Shown: positions 30,400 through 39,173 of the stretch, in pieces
Numbering within the stretch: position 1 is the stretch's first letter
How the letters are laid out: each line of letters opens with the position of its first letter
NCBI GenBank assembly: GCA_965230955.1
Contig: OZ246404.1
Span: 920,790 to 984,789 of the forward strand
Direction of reading: 5' to 3'
DNA: 64,000 nucleotides
From: an uncultured Candidatus Saccharibacteria bacterium
GTDB taxonomy: Bacteria; Patescibacteriota; CALEFQ01
Program-made: the position numbers and the translations under genes
Notes under the pieces: model-generated
Database searches by the model: none
Told to the model about the DNA's origin: nothing
What the model saw: only the letters and a program-made list of their open reading frames with translations

Positions 30400-30723
30400 A
30401 TGCAACAACGCAAAAATTTCATCGCCCGCGACGACGCTTTTACTTGCGGTCACTGCGGGCGGAAAATGATTCCACTGGCCAGCGGCACTTACCGCAATCA
30501 CTGTTCCCACTGCCTCTACTCGCGCCATGTAGATGAAAATGTGCCGGGCGACCGCCTCAGTCAATGCGGCGGGCTGATGGAGCCGCGCGGAATCGTCCTG
30601 AGCAATAAAGGATACGTGATTATTCACCACTGCCTGGAATGCGGCAAGGTCAGTAATAACAAAGCCGCACCGGATGATAGTTTCGAAAAATTATTAGAAC
30701 TAAGCCAGACCAACTCAATTTGA
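30400..30723 (+). CDS. RNHCP domain-containing protein (Cys-rich, probable zinc ribbon)
   Basis: It contains FTCGHCG...GTYRNHCSHCLYSRHVDENVPGDR...CGG...HHCLECG, which fits the RNHCP domain pattern as I recall it. Confidence 0.5.
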   Translation: MQQRKNFIARDDAFTCGHCGRKMIPLASGTYRNHCSHCLYSRHVDENVPGDRLSQCGGLMEPRGIVLSNKGYVIIHHCLECGKVSNNKAAPDDSFEKLLELSQTNSI

Positions 30724-30730
30724 AAATCAA

Positions 30731-30755
30731 ACCTGCCGTGATCGGCAGGTTTTTA
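30731..30755 (+). terminator. rho-independent terminator
   Basis: The sequence reads ACCTGCCGtgatCGGCAGGT followed by TTTT. Confidence 0.6.
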
Positions 30756-30831
30756 GATTATTTTTCCTTGATCATTTAGCCTCAGTGAGCTAGAGTGAAG
30801 TATCTCAATGGATAGAAGGAGGTGTTTATCC

Positions 30832-31893
30832 ATGCAAATTATAGTCGAGTATATCTGGATTGACGGACAGAAGCCCACCACCAAGATGCGTTCCAAGACC
30901 CGGGTTATTGAAATGCCTGAGGCAACCTTGGAAAACATTCCACCCTGGGGCTTCGACGGTTCCAGCACCTGCCAGGCCACGACCAGGCATAGCGATTGCG
31001 TGCTGCAACCGGTTAGGCTGTTCCCCGACCCGATCCGAGGTGAGCCCAACATACTGGTTTTGTGCGAAGTGAATCTCCCTAATGGACGACCACATCAAAG
31101 CAACACCAGAGCGGTTTTGAACCAAGCGGCTAAGCGCTACCGCGATCAGAAGGCACTTTTCGGGATCGAGCAGGAGTACACCCTCTATGACAAGAATGGG
31201 GTGAGACCACTGCGCTGGCCCGAAGGAGCCGGTTTTCCCCATCCCCAAGGTCGGTACTACTGCGGAATAGGCTGCGATGAGGTGTATGGTCGCTCTCTAA
31301 TTGAGGCCCACACGTCGGCTTGCTTGCAGGCCGGACTAGCCATCTGCGGAACCAATGCCGAGGTCATGCCCTCGCAGTGGGAATTCCAAGTCGGGACTCT
31401 GCCCGCACCAGATATTGGAGACCAGATTTGGTTAGCACGGTGGCTACTCTATCGGCTAGGCGAGAATTTTGGCATCACTGCCAAACTCGATCCCAAGCCG
31501 ATTGACGGAGACTGGAACGGTGCCGGTGCGCACACAAACTTTAGCACCGAGCAGATGCGTGCCGCTGGCGGGCTGAAAGTGATAAAGGAAGCCGCCGGCC
31601 GTTTGGCAGACAGGCACAGCGAACACATTCAGCCTCACATCTACGGCGCAGACAACCACCTGCGGCTGACGGGGAAGCATGAGACTTGCTCGATCGAAAA
31701 ATTCCGTTGGGGAATCGGTGACCGAGGCGCTTCCGTCCGTATCCCCGCTCCGGTGGCCGAGAAGGGTTGCGGTTACTTGGAGGATCGTCGTCCCGCAGCC
31801 AATGCTGATCCCTACCGAGTGGCCACGGCTTTGCTGGAAACTATCTGTGGCAGAGGCTTTAATTCCAAGAAGTTTTCTTTTTTTCTAAGATAG
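30832..31893 (+). CDS. glnII: glutamine synthetase type II (eukaryote-like GSII)
   Basis: It starts VEYIWIDG and contains FGIEQEYTL, GTNAEVMPSQWEFQVG, KPIDGDWNGAGAHTNFST and RIP. A GAAGGAGG SD precedes the ATG at 30832. Its GC content appears higher than that of its neighbours. Confidence 0.8.
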   Translation: MQIIVEYIWIDGQKPTTKMRSKTRVIEMPEATLENIPPWGFDGSSTCQATTRHSDCVLQPVRLFPDPIRGEPNILVLCEVNLPNGRPHQSNTRAVLNQAAKRYRDQKALFGIEQEYTLYDKNGVRPLRWPEGAGFPHPQGRYYCGIGCDEVYGRSLIEAHTSACLQAGLAICGTNAEVMPSQWEFQVGTLPAPDIGDQIWLARWLLYRLGENFGITAKLDPKPIDGDWNGAGAHTNFSTEQMRAAGGLKVIKEAAGRLADRHSEHIQPHIYGADNHLRLTGKHETCSIEKFRWGIGDRGASVRIPAPVAEKGCGYLEDRRPAANADPYRVATALLETICGRGFNSKKFSFFLR

Positions 31894-31910
31894 TCCAGCA
31901 CCGTCAACCG

Positions 31911-31945
31911 AAAAGCCCCGACTATATATGCCGGGGCTTTTTTCT
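31911..31945 (+). terminator. rho-independent terminator after glnII
   Basis: The sequence reads AAAAGCCCCGactatatatGCCGGGGCTTTTTT. Confidence 0.65.
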
Positions 31946-32530
31946 TATCGCGGGTAATTTTTACCAGCCGAATAATTTACCGATTTCTTCAGGAGTTTCA
32001 CGCCGTTTAGTGATTTTCACTTCACCATTAAACGCAATTAATTTGACCGGATTGGATGGTATCAAGAAAAACACCAAGCCCCCTGAGCAGTTGATGAAGA
32101 CGTTTACCATTTCAGCGACGCCAAGCTATCTTAGTTTAAGATTGATACCCTGCCTCATTCTTTGTGGCAAGCCCTCAGAAAATACACGAAGATCCTTTAA
32201 TCAGAAACACTCTGGGCGAGCATGCCTACCAAAGATACCTGGAAATAAAAACCAAAGAATAGAACGATTCCCGAATCCAAGTCACCCCTTGGGAACTGGA
32301 AAAATATTAGATACATTTTACGTTTTTATTGCATCTTTTGCGTCATGTGATATGATAGATTTCTGTAACTAATCCCATCCCTTGAAAGTTTACTCGACTC
32401 AGCCAGATCAGCGCGATTTTAAAGCTACGCTGTGACGCTGCGGTGATCATCTGAATCACCTTTCCTCCCTGGATGCTTGCCTCAAACAACATCCAGAGAA
32501 GGAGAACAATTTTATTAGGAGGGTTTTTGC

Positions 32531-33088
32531 ATGAACCAGCAACTTTGGGTACCAAAGGAAATGTTTCTTACTAAAGGAGTAGGAATTCACCGAGACGAAC
32601 TTACTTCATTTGAACTTGCCTTGCGAAAAGCCGGAATTGAACGCTGTAACCTTGTGTACGTTTCCAGCATTCTTCCTCCCCAATGCAAGGTAATTCCCGT
32701 CAATGAAGGATTGAAAAAATTGCTCCCCGGGCAAATAACCTACTGCGTCATGGCTCGTGCGGCAACAAACGAACCCAATCGACTGGTCGCCGCGGCCATT
32801 GGTTTGGCTAAGCCGAAAAACAAAAACATTTATGGTTACTTATCCGAACGCCATGTCCTGGGCGAAACCGTTCAAGCCGCGGGAGATTATGCCGAAGACA
32901 TAGCGGCAACTATGCTGGCCACAACGCTCGGTATTGAATTCGATATTGATGCCGCCTGGAAAGAACGCGAACAGGTTTACAAGGCCAGTGGGCAAATCAT
33001 CGCCACCAGACATATCTGCCAATCATCTGAAGGGCCTAAAGACGGCAGCTGGGTCACAGTGATTAGCACGGCAGTATTGTTGCTCTGA
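32531..33088 (+). CDS. pdaD: pyruvoyl-dependent arginine decarboxylase
   Basis: It contains [39 protein letters not shown], which is the PdaD family signature around the self-cleavage/pyruvoyl serine region. A TTGCAT-16-TATGAT promoter lies about 200 nt upstream. Confidence 0.7.
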   Translation: MNQQLWVPKEMFLTKGVGIHRDELTSFELALRKAGIERCNLVYVSSILPPQCKVIPVNEGLKKLLPGQITYCVMARAATNEPNRLVAAAIGLAKPKNKNIYGYLSERHVLGETVQAAGDYAEDIAATMLATTLGIEFDIDAAWKEREQVYKASGQIIATRHICQSSEGPKDGSWVTVISTAVLLL

Positions 33089-33104
33089 CTGGAGGAACAA
33101 AAAC

Positions 33105-33134
33105 AAAAGCCCAGCTTCAATGAAGCTGGGCCTT
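33105..33134. terminator. bidirectional hairpin terminator between pdaD and recA
   Basis: The sequence reads AAAAGCCCAGCTTCAATGAAGCTGGGCCTT. Confidence 0.5.
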
Positions 33135-33154
33135 ATTATTATATTGTACGAAAG

Positions 33155-34219
33155 TTAGACCTTCACTTCTTCTTTCAAACCTTCCCGCGATGCTTTTCTG
33201 GTTTTTTGATCTATCTCTTTCGCAATCGTCGGATTTTCTTTCAAGAATTTTTTCGCGCCCTCGCGTCCTTGGCCGATCTTCTTGCCGTCATAATTGACCC
33301 AGGCGCCGCTCTTGCGCAGAACGCCGCATTTGACGCCGGTATCGACCAAATCGCCCAGATAAGAAATCCCCTCGCCGTATATCAAGTCAACTTCGGTATG
33401 CTGGAAAGGCGGGGCAACTTTGTTTTTTACAACCTTGATAATGGCGCGCATGCCGACTTCTTTGTCATTTTGCTTGATATTGGCGCGGCGGCGAATTTCA
33501 ACTCTGACCGAAGCGTAAAATTTAAGTGCTTTGCCGCCGGGAGTGGTTTCCGGATTGCCAAACAAAATTCCCAGCTTCATACGAATCTGGTTGATGAAGA
33601 TAACCGTGGTATTTGTCTTGGCGACAGTCGCGGTCAATTTGCGTAAAGCTTGGCTCATCAAACGAGCCTGCAAGCCCATGTGTGAATCGCCCATCTCGCC
33701 TTCAATTTCCGCCCGGGGTGTCAGCGCCGCCACCGAATCAACAACGATCAAATCGACGGCAGCGGAACGAACCAGAGTCTCGACGATTTCCAAAGCCTGC
33801 TCGCCAGTATCCGGCTGTGAAACCAATAATTCGTCAATATTCACTCCCAGCTTGCGCGAGTATTCAGGATCCATCGCATGCTCGGCATCGACATAAGCCG
33901 CCGTTCCGCCACCCTTTTGGCATTGCGCCACGACATGCTGAGCCAGTGTTGTTTTGCCGCTTGATTCCGGACCGAAAATTTCGATAATCCGACCACGAGG
34001 CATACCGCCGACTCCGAGAGCCAAATCCAATGAGATCGAACCGGTGGGAATCACCGCGATATCAACCCGCTTGGCCTCACCCAATTTCATAATGGAACCT
34101 TCGCCAAAACGATCACGAATTTGCTCAATCGCCAGATGCGCCGCTTTTTGTTTAGCTGTACGTTCACTGGCTTTAACCGCAGGAACGGCCGCAGCGGCCG
34201 ATGCTTTTACTTTTGACAT
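33155..34219 (-). CDS. recA: recombinase RecA
   Basis: It contains [11 protein letters not shown] and [18 protein letters not shown], and it is a full-length canonical RecA. Confidence 0.95.
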   Translation of the reverse strand: MSKVKASAAAAVPAVKASERTAKQKAAHLAIEQIRDRFGEGSIMKLGEAKRVDIAVIPTGSISLDLALGVGGMPRGRIIEIFGPESSGKTTLAQHVVAQCQKGGGTAAYVDAEHAMDPEYSRKLGVNIDELLVSQPDTGEQALEIVETLVRSAAVDLIVVDSVAALTPRAEIEGEMGDSHMGLQARLMSQALRKLTATVAKTNTTVIFINQIRMKLGILFGNPETTPGGKALKFYASVRVEIRRRANIKQNDKEVGMRAIIKVVKNKVAPPFQHTEVDLIYGEGISYLGDLVDTGVKCGVLRKSGAWVNYDGKKIGQGREGAKKFLKENPTIAKEIDQKTRKASREGLKEEVKV

Positions 34220-34315
34220 AGAATTTACTTTCCCGCTCCTGCCGAAGCAAGGCGCGAGATTACCCCCCTTAAAGGGTCTAGCCCGTTTAAAATAAGCGGA
34301 CCAGAACTGATAAGA

Positions 34316-35038
34316 CTAATTAAGCGTCATGGAAACCGATGGGCCGTCAACGGCCGAATCTTCCGGTATGTATAAGATCTTTCTGGTCAATGAACTTTCT
34401 CGCCCCTGCCGATCGCGGACAACCACGGTAATGGTATTGAGCCCGTTTTGCAAATAAATATACTCTTGAAATGTCCCTTCTTCGTCGACAAAAACTTCTT
34501 GCCCGTTGATCATCAAAACGCTTTCTTGGTCAGCCGTTCCGCTAAACGCTATTTTTTCTTCGCTGACCGTAATATCGTTGGCCGGCTCGGCGATCGAGAG
34601 AGAAGGATTACGGGAAAAATTACGGAATTGCCAAACCAAATAAAACACCGCGATCATCAAGACTGCCACGATCACGGCCGTTTTGACCAAGCGCGGAATA
34701 AGTAATGGCGAATGGATATTTTTTGGCTGCTGGCTCTTATCGGCCTGCTTTTCCTCCAAGTGTTCTTGGATGCCTCGTTCTTTATTATACAAACGAAGTA
34801 TTTTAGATTCGTTCAAGCCCAAATATTCCGCATAACTGCGTAAAAACCCTTTGACATAAACGTCGGCCGGCAAATCCTGATAGTATCCTTCCTCCAAACG
34901 GTGTAAGTTTTCTTCGCGGACATGAATGGCCGACGCCACCTGCGACAAGGTACGTTGCTTTTCTTCGCGTACCGTACGCAAAATTTCCCCGACTTTGTCG
35001 GCGGAATTGATTCTTTTTTTACTAAAACCAGAAACCAT
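34316..35038 (-). CDS. rodZ: RodZ-like cytoskeleton protein (HTH + TM + C-terminal domain)
   Basis: It has an N-terminal XRE-type HTH (VGEILRTVREEKQRTLSQVASAIHV), then a basic juxtamembrane stretch, a TM helix and a C-terminal periplasmic-type domain. Confidence 0.6.
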   Translation of the reverse strand: MVSGFSKKRINSADKVGEILRTVREEKQRTLSQVASAIHVREENLHRLEEGYYQDLPADVYVKGFLRSYAEYLGLNESKILRLYNKERGIQEHLEEKQADKSQQPKNIHSPLLIPRLVKTAVIVAVLMIAVFYLVWQFRNFSRNPSLSIAEPANDITVSEEKIAFSGTADQESVLMINGQEVFVDEEGTFQEYIYLQNGLNTITVVVRDRQGRESSLTRKILYIPEDSAVDGPSVSMTLN

Positions 35039-35174
35039 ACCAGTTTTTACTGCTTTAAGGCACTTTTCATTGTAACACCCTTATTTACTTAGTCAACGGC
35101 ATAACAGCCCATTTATAGATAATTTTGTCAAAATAATTCTCCCGGTAAGCCAGATGTGATATAATATCACCGTT

Positions 35175-36767
35175 ATGGGAAAGAAAAACTACAAACCCGT
35201 CGTGTTGATAATTTTAGACGGCTGGGGAATAAATCCCAGCATTGAAGGTAATGCGGTCAAAGCGGCCAAGGTGCCTAATTTTGATTATTTTTGGAAAAAC
35301 TATCCCGCGACCTCCTTGCAGGCATCGGGAATCGCGGTCGGTTTATTTTGGGGAGAAAACGGCAACTCGGAAGTCGGACACCTCAATCTCGGTTCCGGTT
35401 TGGTCGTGTATCAGAATCTTCCGCGAGTAACTTTGGCCATTCAAAACAAAACTTTTTTCCAAAACGAAGCATTCCTTCAGGCTTGCGCTCACGTCAAAAA
35501 AAATAATTCGGCTCTGCACCTTATAGGCCTGGTCAGTGCCGGCGGCATCCATAGCCATATCGATCATCTCTTCGCCTTGCTGGAATTGGCCAAGACCCAG
35601 CGAGTCAAACGGGTTTATATTCATGCTATCACTGACGGGCGCGATACCCCGCGCAACGCCGCCGAACGTTATATCACTGAATTGGAGGGTAAAATCCACC
35701 AACTCCATCTGGGCGAAATCGCCACAGTCAGCGGAAGATTTTTCGCCATGGATCGGGATAATCACTGGGAACGAGAAGAGAAAGCTTACCACGCCATGGT
35801 CTCCGGTATCGGACCAACTGCTCAATCGGCCGGTGCCGCGATTGCCGAATCATATGCTCATCAAACCTACGATGAAGCCATCACCCCAACAGTAATTACC
35901 AAAGCCGGGCACCCGGTAGCGACAATCAAAGACAATGATGCGGTAATTTTCTTTAATTTTCGTGCCGATCGAGCCCGACAATTAACAAAAGCTTTTGTGC
36001 TCCCCGGATTCGCTGATTTCAATCGTCCGCATCGCTTGGAAAATCTGTTTTTTGTGACGATGACCCAATTCGAAGACAATCTGCCGGCACACATTGCTTT
36101 TCCTCCCCAAAAGGTCAAAGAACCGCTAGCTAAAGTCATCGCCGATAATAAACTCAAACAATTCCACGTGGCAGAAACGGAAAAATACGCCCACGTGACC
36201 TACTTTTTTGACGGCGGAATAGAAAAGCCTTTTCCTGGAGAAGATCAATTGGTCATCCCATCACCTCGAGTAAAAAATTACGAGAAAGTCCCGGAAATGA
36301 GCGCCCAAGAAACGACCGATCTTTTAGTCAAGAAAATTTTCACCGGTCATTACGCTTTTTTGGTTATCAATTACGCCAACCCGGATATGATCGGACACAC
36401 CGGAGATTTCAGCGCCACCGTCAAAGCGCTGGAATTTGTCGACAAAAAAATCAAGCAAGTGGTTGACGCAGTTTTATCAATCAATGGCGCGGTTATCATC
36501 ACGGCTGATCACGGAAATTGCGAGACAAAAATCGACCCACTCAGCCATGAATCCACTAAAGAACACACCACCAATCCCGTACCCTTCTTGTTACTGGCCA
36601 ACGACTTCAAAATTCCGCCCAAAGACGATGACACTGTTTTCCAGGAAATGATCAATCCCAGCGGTGTCTTGGCCGATGTCGCGCCGACCATCCTGGATCT
36701 CCTGGGAATAAAAAAACCCGAGGAAATGCAGGGCTTAAGCTTGCGAGATTCGCTGACGGATAAATAA
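35175..36767 (+). CDS. gpmI: 2,3-bisphosphoglycerate-independent phosphoglycerate mutase
   Basis: It contains VLIILDGWG, GNSEVGHLNLG and ITADHGN, and its length matches iPGM. Confidence 0.9.
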   Translation: MGKKNYKPVVLIILDGWGINPSIEGNAVKAAKVPNFDYFWKNYPATSLQASGIAVGLFWGENGNSEVGHLNLGSGLVVYQNLPRVTLAIQNKTFFQNEAFLQACAHVKKNNSALHLIGLVSAGGIHSHIDHLFALLELAKTQRVKRVYIHAITDGRDTPRNAAERYITELEGKIHQLHLGEIATVSGRFFAMDRDNHWEREEKAYHAMVSGIGPTAQSAGAAIAESYAHQTYDEAITPTVITKAGHPVATIKDNDAVIFFNFRADRARQLTKAFVLPGFADFNRPHRLENLFFVTMTQFEDNLPAHIAFPPQKVKEPLAKVIADNKLKQFHVAETEKYAHVTYFFDGGIEKPFPGEDQLVIPSPRVKNYEKVPEMSAQETTDLLVKKIFTGHYAFLVINYANPDMIGHTGDFSATVKALEFVDKKIKQVVDAVLSINGAVIITADHGNCETKIDPLSHESTKEHTTNPVPFLLLANDFKIPPKDDDTVFQEMINPSGVLADVAPTILDLLGIKKPEEMQGLSLRDSLTDK

Positions 36768-36783
36768 TACTTCTCACCAAAAA

Positions 36784-36824
36784 ACAGCGGAGGCCTACCG
36801 ATTCGGCAGGCCTCCGCTGTTTTA
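36784..36824. terminator. bidirectional terminator between gpmI and ftsK
   Basis: The sequence reads AAAACAGCGGAGGCCTaccgattcggcAGGCCTCCGCTGTTTT. Confidence 0.55.
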
Positions 36825-36829
36825 AACAT

Positions 36830-39007
36830 TTAATTTTCTGGATTTTCCGGCGGCGTGGTCTCACCCTTGACCAGTACCTCGCGCGGTTTGCTGCCATCCG
36901 GCGGACCGACAATTCCCTTTTCTTCCAAAATATCCAGCAAGCGCGCGGCGCGGGCATAACCGATGCGCAAACGACGCTGTAAAAGCGAAGCTGATCCCTT
37001 CCCCATCCGCATCACTTCTTCCTTGGCGGCATTGAATAAATTATCGTCAATCTCTTCTTCACCGGATCCAACCAAACCTGGCAGCTCGCCCGGTTTTTTA
37101 TCTTTTTCGGGGACGTCTTCATCATAATCCGGCTGTCCCTGCTGACGCAGATACTCGGTGACGCGTTTAATTTCCTCTTCTTCAACCAATTCGCCTTGCA
37201 CCCGACGCGGTTTGCTCGCCGTCGCCGTGACAAACAGCAAATCGCCGTTGCCCAGCAATTTTTCCGCGCCCTGCATATCAATGATCGTGCGCGAATCGAT
37301 TTGCGAAGCGACATTGAAAGCAATCCGGGAAGTTATATTCGCCTTGATCAAACCGGTAATAACATTGACCGACGGACGCTGGGTGGAAACCAGCAAATGG
37401 ATTCCGACCGCCCGGGCCATTTGAGCCAAACGAACGATCGCGCCTTCTACATCATTCATGGCCACGGCCATCAAATCGGCCAACTCGTCAATCGCCACGA
37501 CGATGTATGGCAGACGCTCGGCTTTATGAACCGCATTGTATGATTTGATATTTACTTTTCCGGCCACCTGCAGCAATTTGTACCGGCGATCCATCTCCGC
37601 CACACACCATTTCAAAGCATTGACGGTCTTGGGAACATCGGTCAATACCGGCGTGAGTAAATGGGGAATATCGTTATAGCCGGACATTTCAACTCTCTTA
37701 GGATCGACTAAGATCATTTTCAGATCAGCCGGGGAATTGCGATACAATAAGCTGACCAAAATAGCATTGAGACAGACCGACTTGCCCGAGCCGGTTGCTC
37801 CGGCGATCAGCAAATGCGGCATTTTATCGATATCAATGATAATCGGATTGCCGGCGACATCACGCCCCAGCGGAACGGCTAATTTTGATTTGCTGTCTTT
37901 CCATTCCAGCGATTCTAATAATTCCCGCAGGCGTACAACGGCTATTTTTTCATTCGGGACTTCGATACCGACCAATGATTTTCCCGGGATCGGCGCTTCG
38001 ATTCTGATCGGGTGAGCAGCCAAGGCCAAAGCCAAATCATTCTGCAGAGCCGTAATCCGGCTTAATTTCACTCCTTCCAGCGGCTTCAAAGAATACTGGG
38101 TCACCGTCGGGCCGATACTGACATCGGACATTTCCACCGGAATTCCGAAATTAGACAACGTTTTTTGGATCACCGACGCTTTGGAACGGATATCGCCGCT
38201 GGTCGGTTTTCCGAAAGTGCCGTTAAGCATGGAAAGAGGCGGAAATTTCCAGTTGGGATCGGATTTCGTCGTATGCGCCGCGGTGTCATCAGCACTGGCC
38301 GGCGCCGGAGTAAAAGTATTGGTCTTGATTTCTGTTTCTTCGACCGGTTTGGGCTCCGGCGTGCCCGAATCTAGATCGTCCAAGTTTTTGGTTTTGAATT
38401 CGCCGTTCTCAATCGTCTTGACTTGCACTTTCGGCTCCGGCTTGATCTTTGTTTGTATCTTGGCGAATTTTTCTTTTAGAGACCTGAACCAGTCGATGAC
38501 GGCTGTAAAAGAAATATTAAAAGTCAGCATGGTGGCAATAATCATGATCCCAATCAACACAAACCACGAAGCTAGCGTCCCCATAATCGCTACCGTCATG
38601 GAACTGACACCGTAACCAATCGCTCCCCCGCCTTGGCCCAAGTCCACCGCCCACTGCCCCTGGTACGGTTGAAAAGGCAGATGAAAGAGACCGAGTAGAG
38701 ATAGAACCAACAAAGTGATTCCGAGATAATTCAAAAATTTAAGCGGCAATTTTTCCCCACGCACCAGAATCACGACCACAAAAACCAGCAAAATCGGCGC
38801 CAAAAATCCGCCCCAGCCAAAAATCGCCCCGATAGTCTGGCGAGAAAAATCACCTAAAGCCCCGGCCCCCTCGAAGAATCCCAGGACACTGATAGCAGCC
38901 AAAACAATCAGAACGACAATAGCAATTCCCCGGATCATTTCCGGACTTAAACTAAAAGATGTTTTTTTCGGCGGTCGACCGCGCTTTCGTCTTTTTTTCA
39001 GTGCCAT
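36830..39007 (-). CDS. ftsK: DNA translocase FtsK/SpoIIIE
   Basis: It has N-terminal TM helices, a motor domain with PHLLIAGATGSGKSV, and a C-terminal gamma-domain winged helix. Confidence 0.9.
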   Translation of the reverse strand: MALKKRRKRGRPPKKTSFSLSPEMIRGIAIVVLIVLAAISVLGFFEGAGALGDFSRQTIGAIFGWGGFLAPILLVFVVVILVRGEKLPLKFLNYLGITLLVLSLLGLFHLPFQPYQGQWAVDLGQGGGAIGYGVSSMTVAIMGTLASWFVLIGIMIIATMLTFNISFTAVIDWFRSLKEKFAKIQTKIKPEPKVQVKTIENGEFKTKNLDDLDSGTPEPKPVEETEIKTNTFTPAPASADDTAAHTTKSDPNWKFPPLSMLNGTFGKPTSGDIRSKASVIQKTLSNFGIPVEMSDVSIGPTVTQYSLKPLEGVKLSRITALQNDLALALAAHPIRIEAPIPGKSLVGIEVPNEKIAVVRLRELLESLEWKDSKSKLAVPLGRDVAGNPIIIDIDKMPHLLIAGATGSGKSVCLNAILVSLLYRNSPADLKMILVDPKRVEMSGYNDIPHLLTPVLTDVPKTVNALKWCVAEMDRRYKLLQVAGKVNIKSYNAVHKAERLPYIVVAIDELADLMAVAMNDVEGAIVRLAQMARAVGIHLLVSTQRPSVNVITGLIKANITSRIAFNVASQIDSRTIIDMQGAEKLLGNGDLLFVTATASKPRRVQGELVEEEEIKRVTEYLRQQGQPDYDEDVPEKDKKPGELPGLVGSGEEEIDDNLFNAAKEEVMRMGKGSASLLQRRLRIGYARAARLLDILEEKGIVGPPDGSKPREVLVKGETTPPENPEN

Positions 39008-39128
39008 AATAAGCGAACCTATTAAGTAGGTTTACTCCGATATTTTAACATAAATTTACCACAGTGCCAAGGCATGCCTCGGGATACTTTTCAAGACTTC
39101 CACTACAACCAAATTTCGGCTTTATCCA

Positions 39129-39168
39129 TAAAAAACAGCCCCGATCACTTTTCGGGGCTGTTTTATCT
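39129..39168 (-). terminator. rho-independent terminator after rpoC
   Basis: On the minus strand the sequence reads AAAACAGCCCCGAAAAGTGATCGGGGCTGTTTTTT. Confidence 0.6.
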
Positions 39169-39173
39169 ATTAA

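Noticed and set aside
32010-32372. 120-aa plus-strand ORF between glnII and pdaD
   Set aside because: It has no SD and runs through the predicted pdaD promoter. Its composition is not protein-like.
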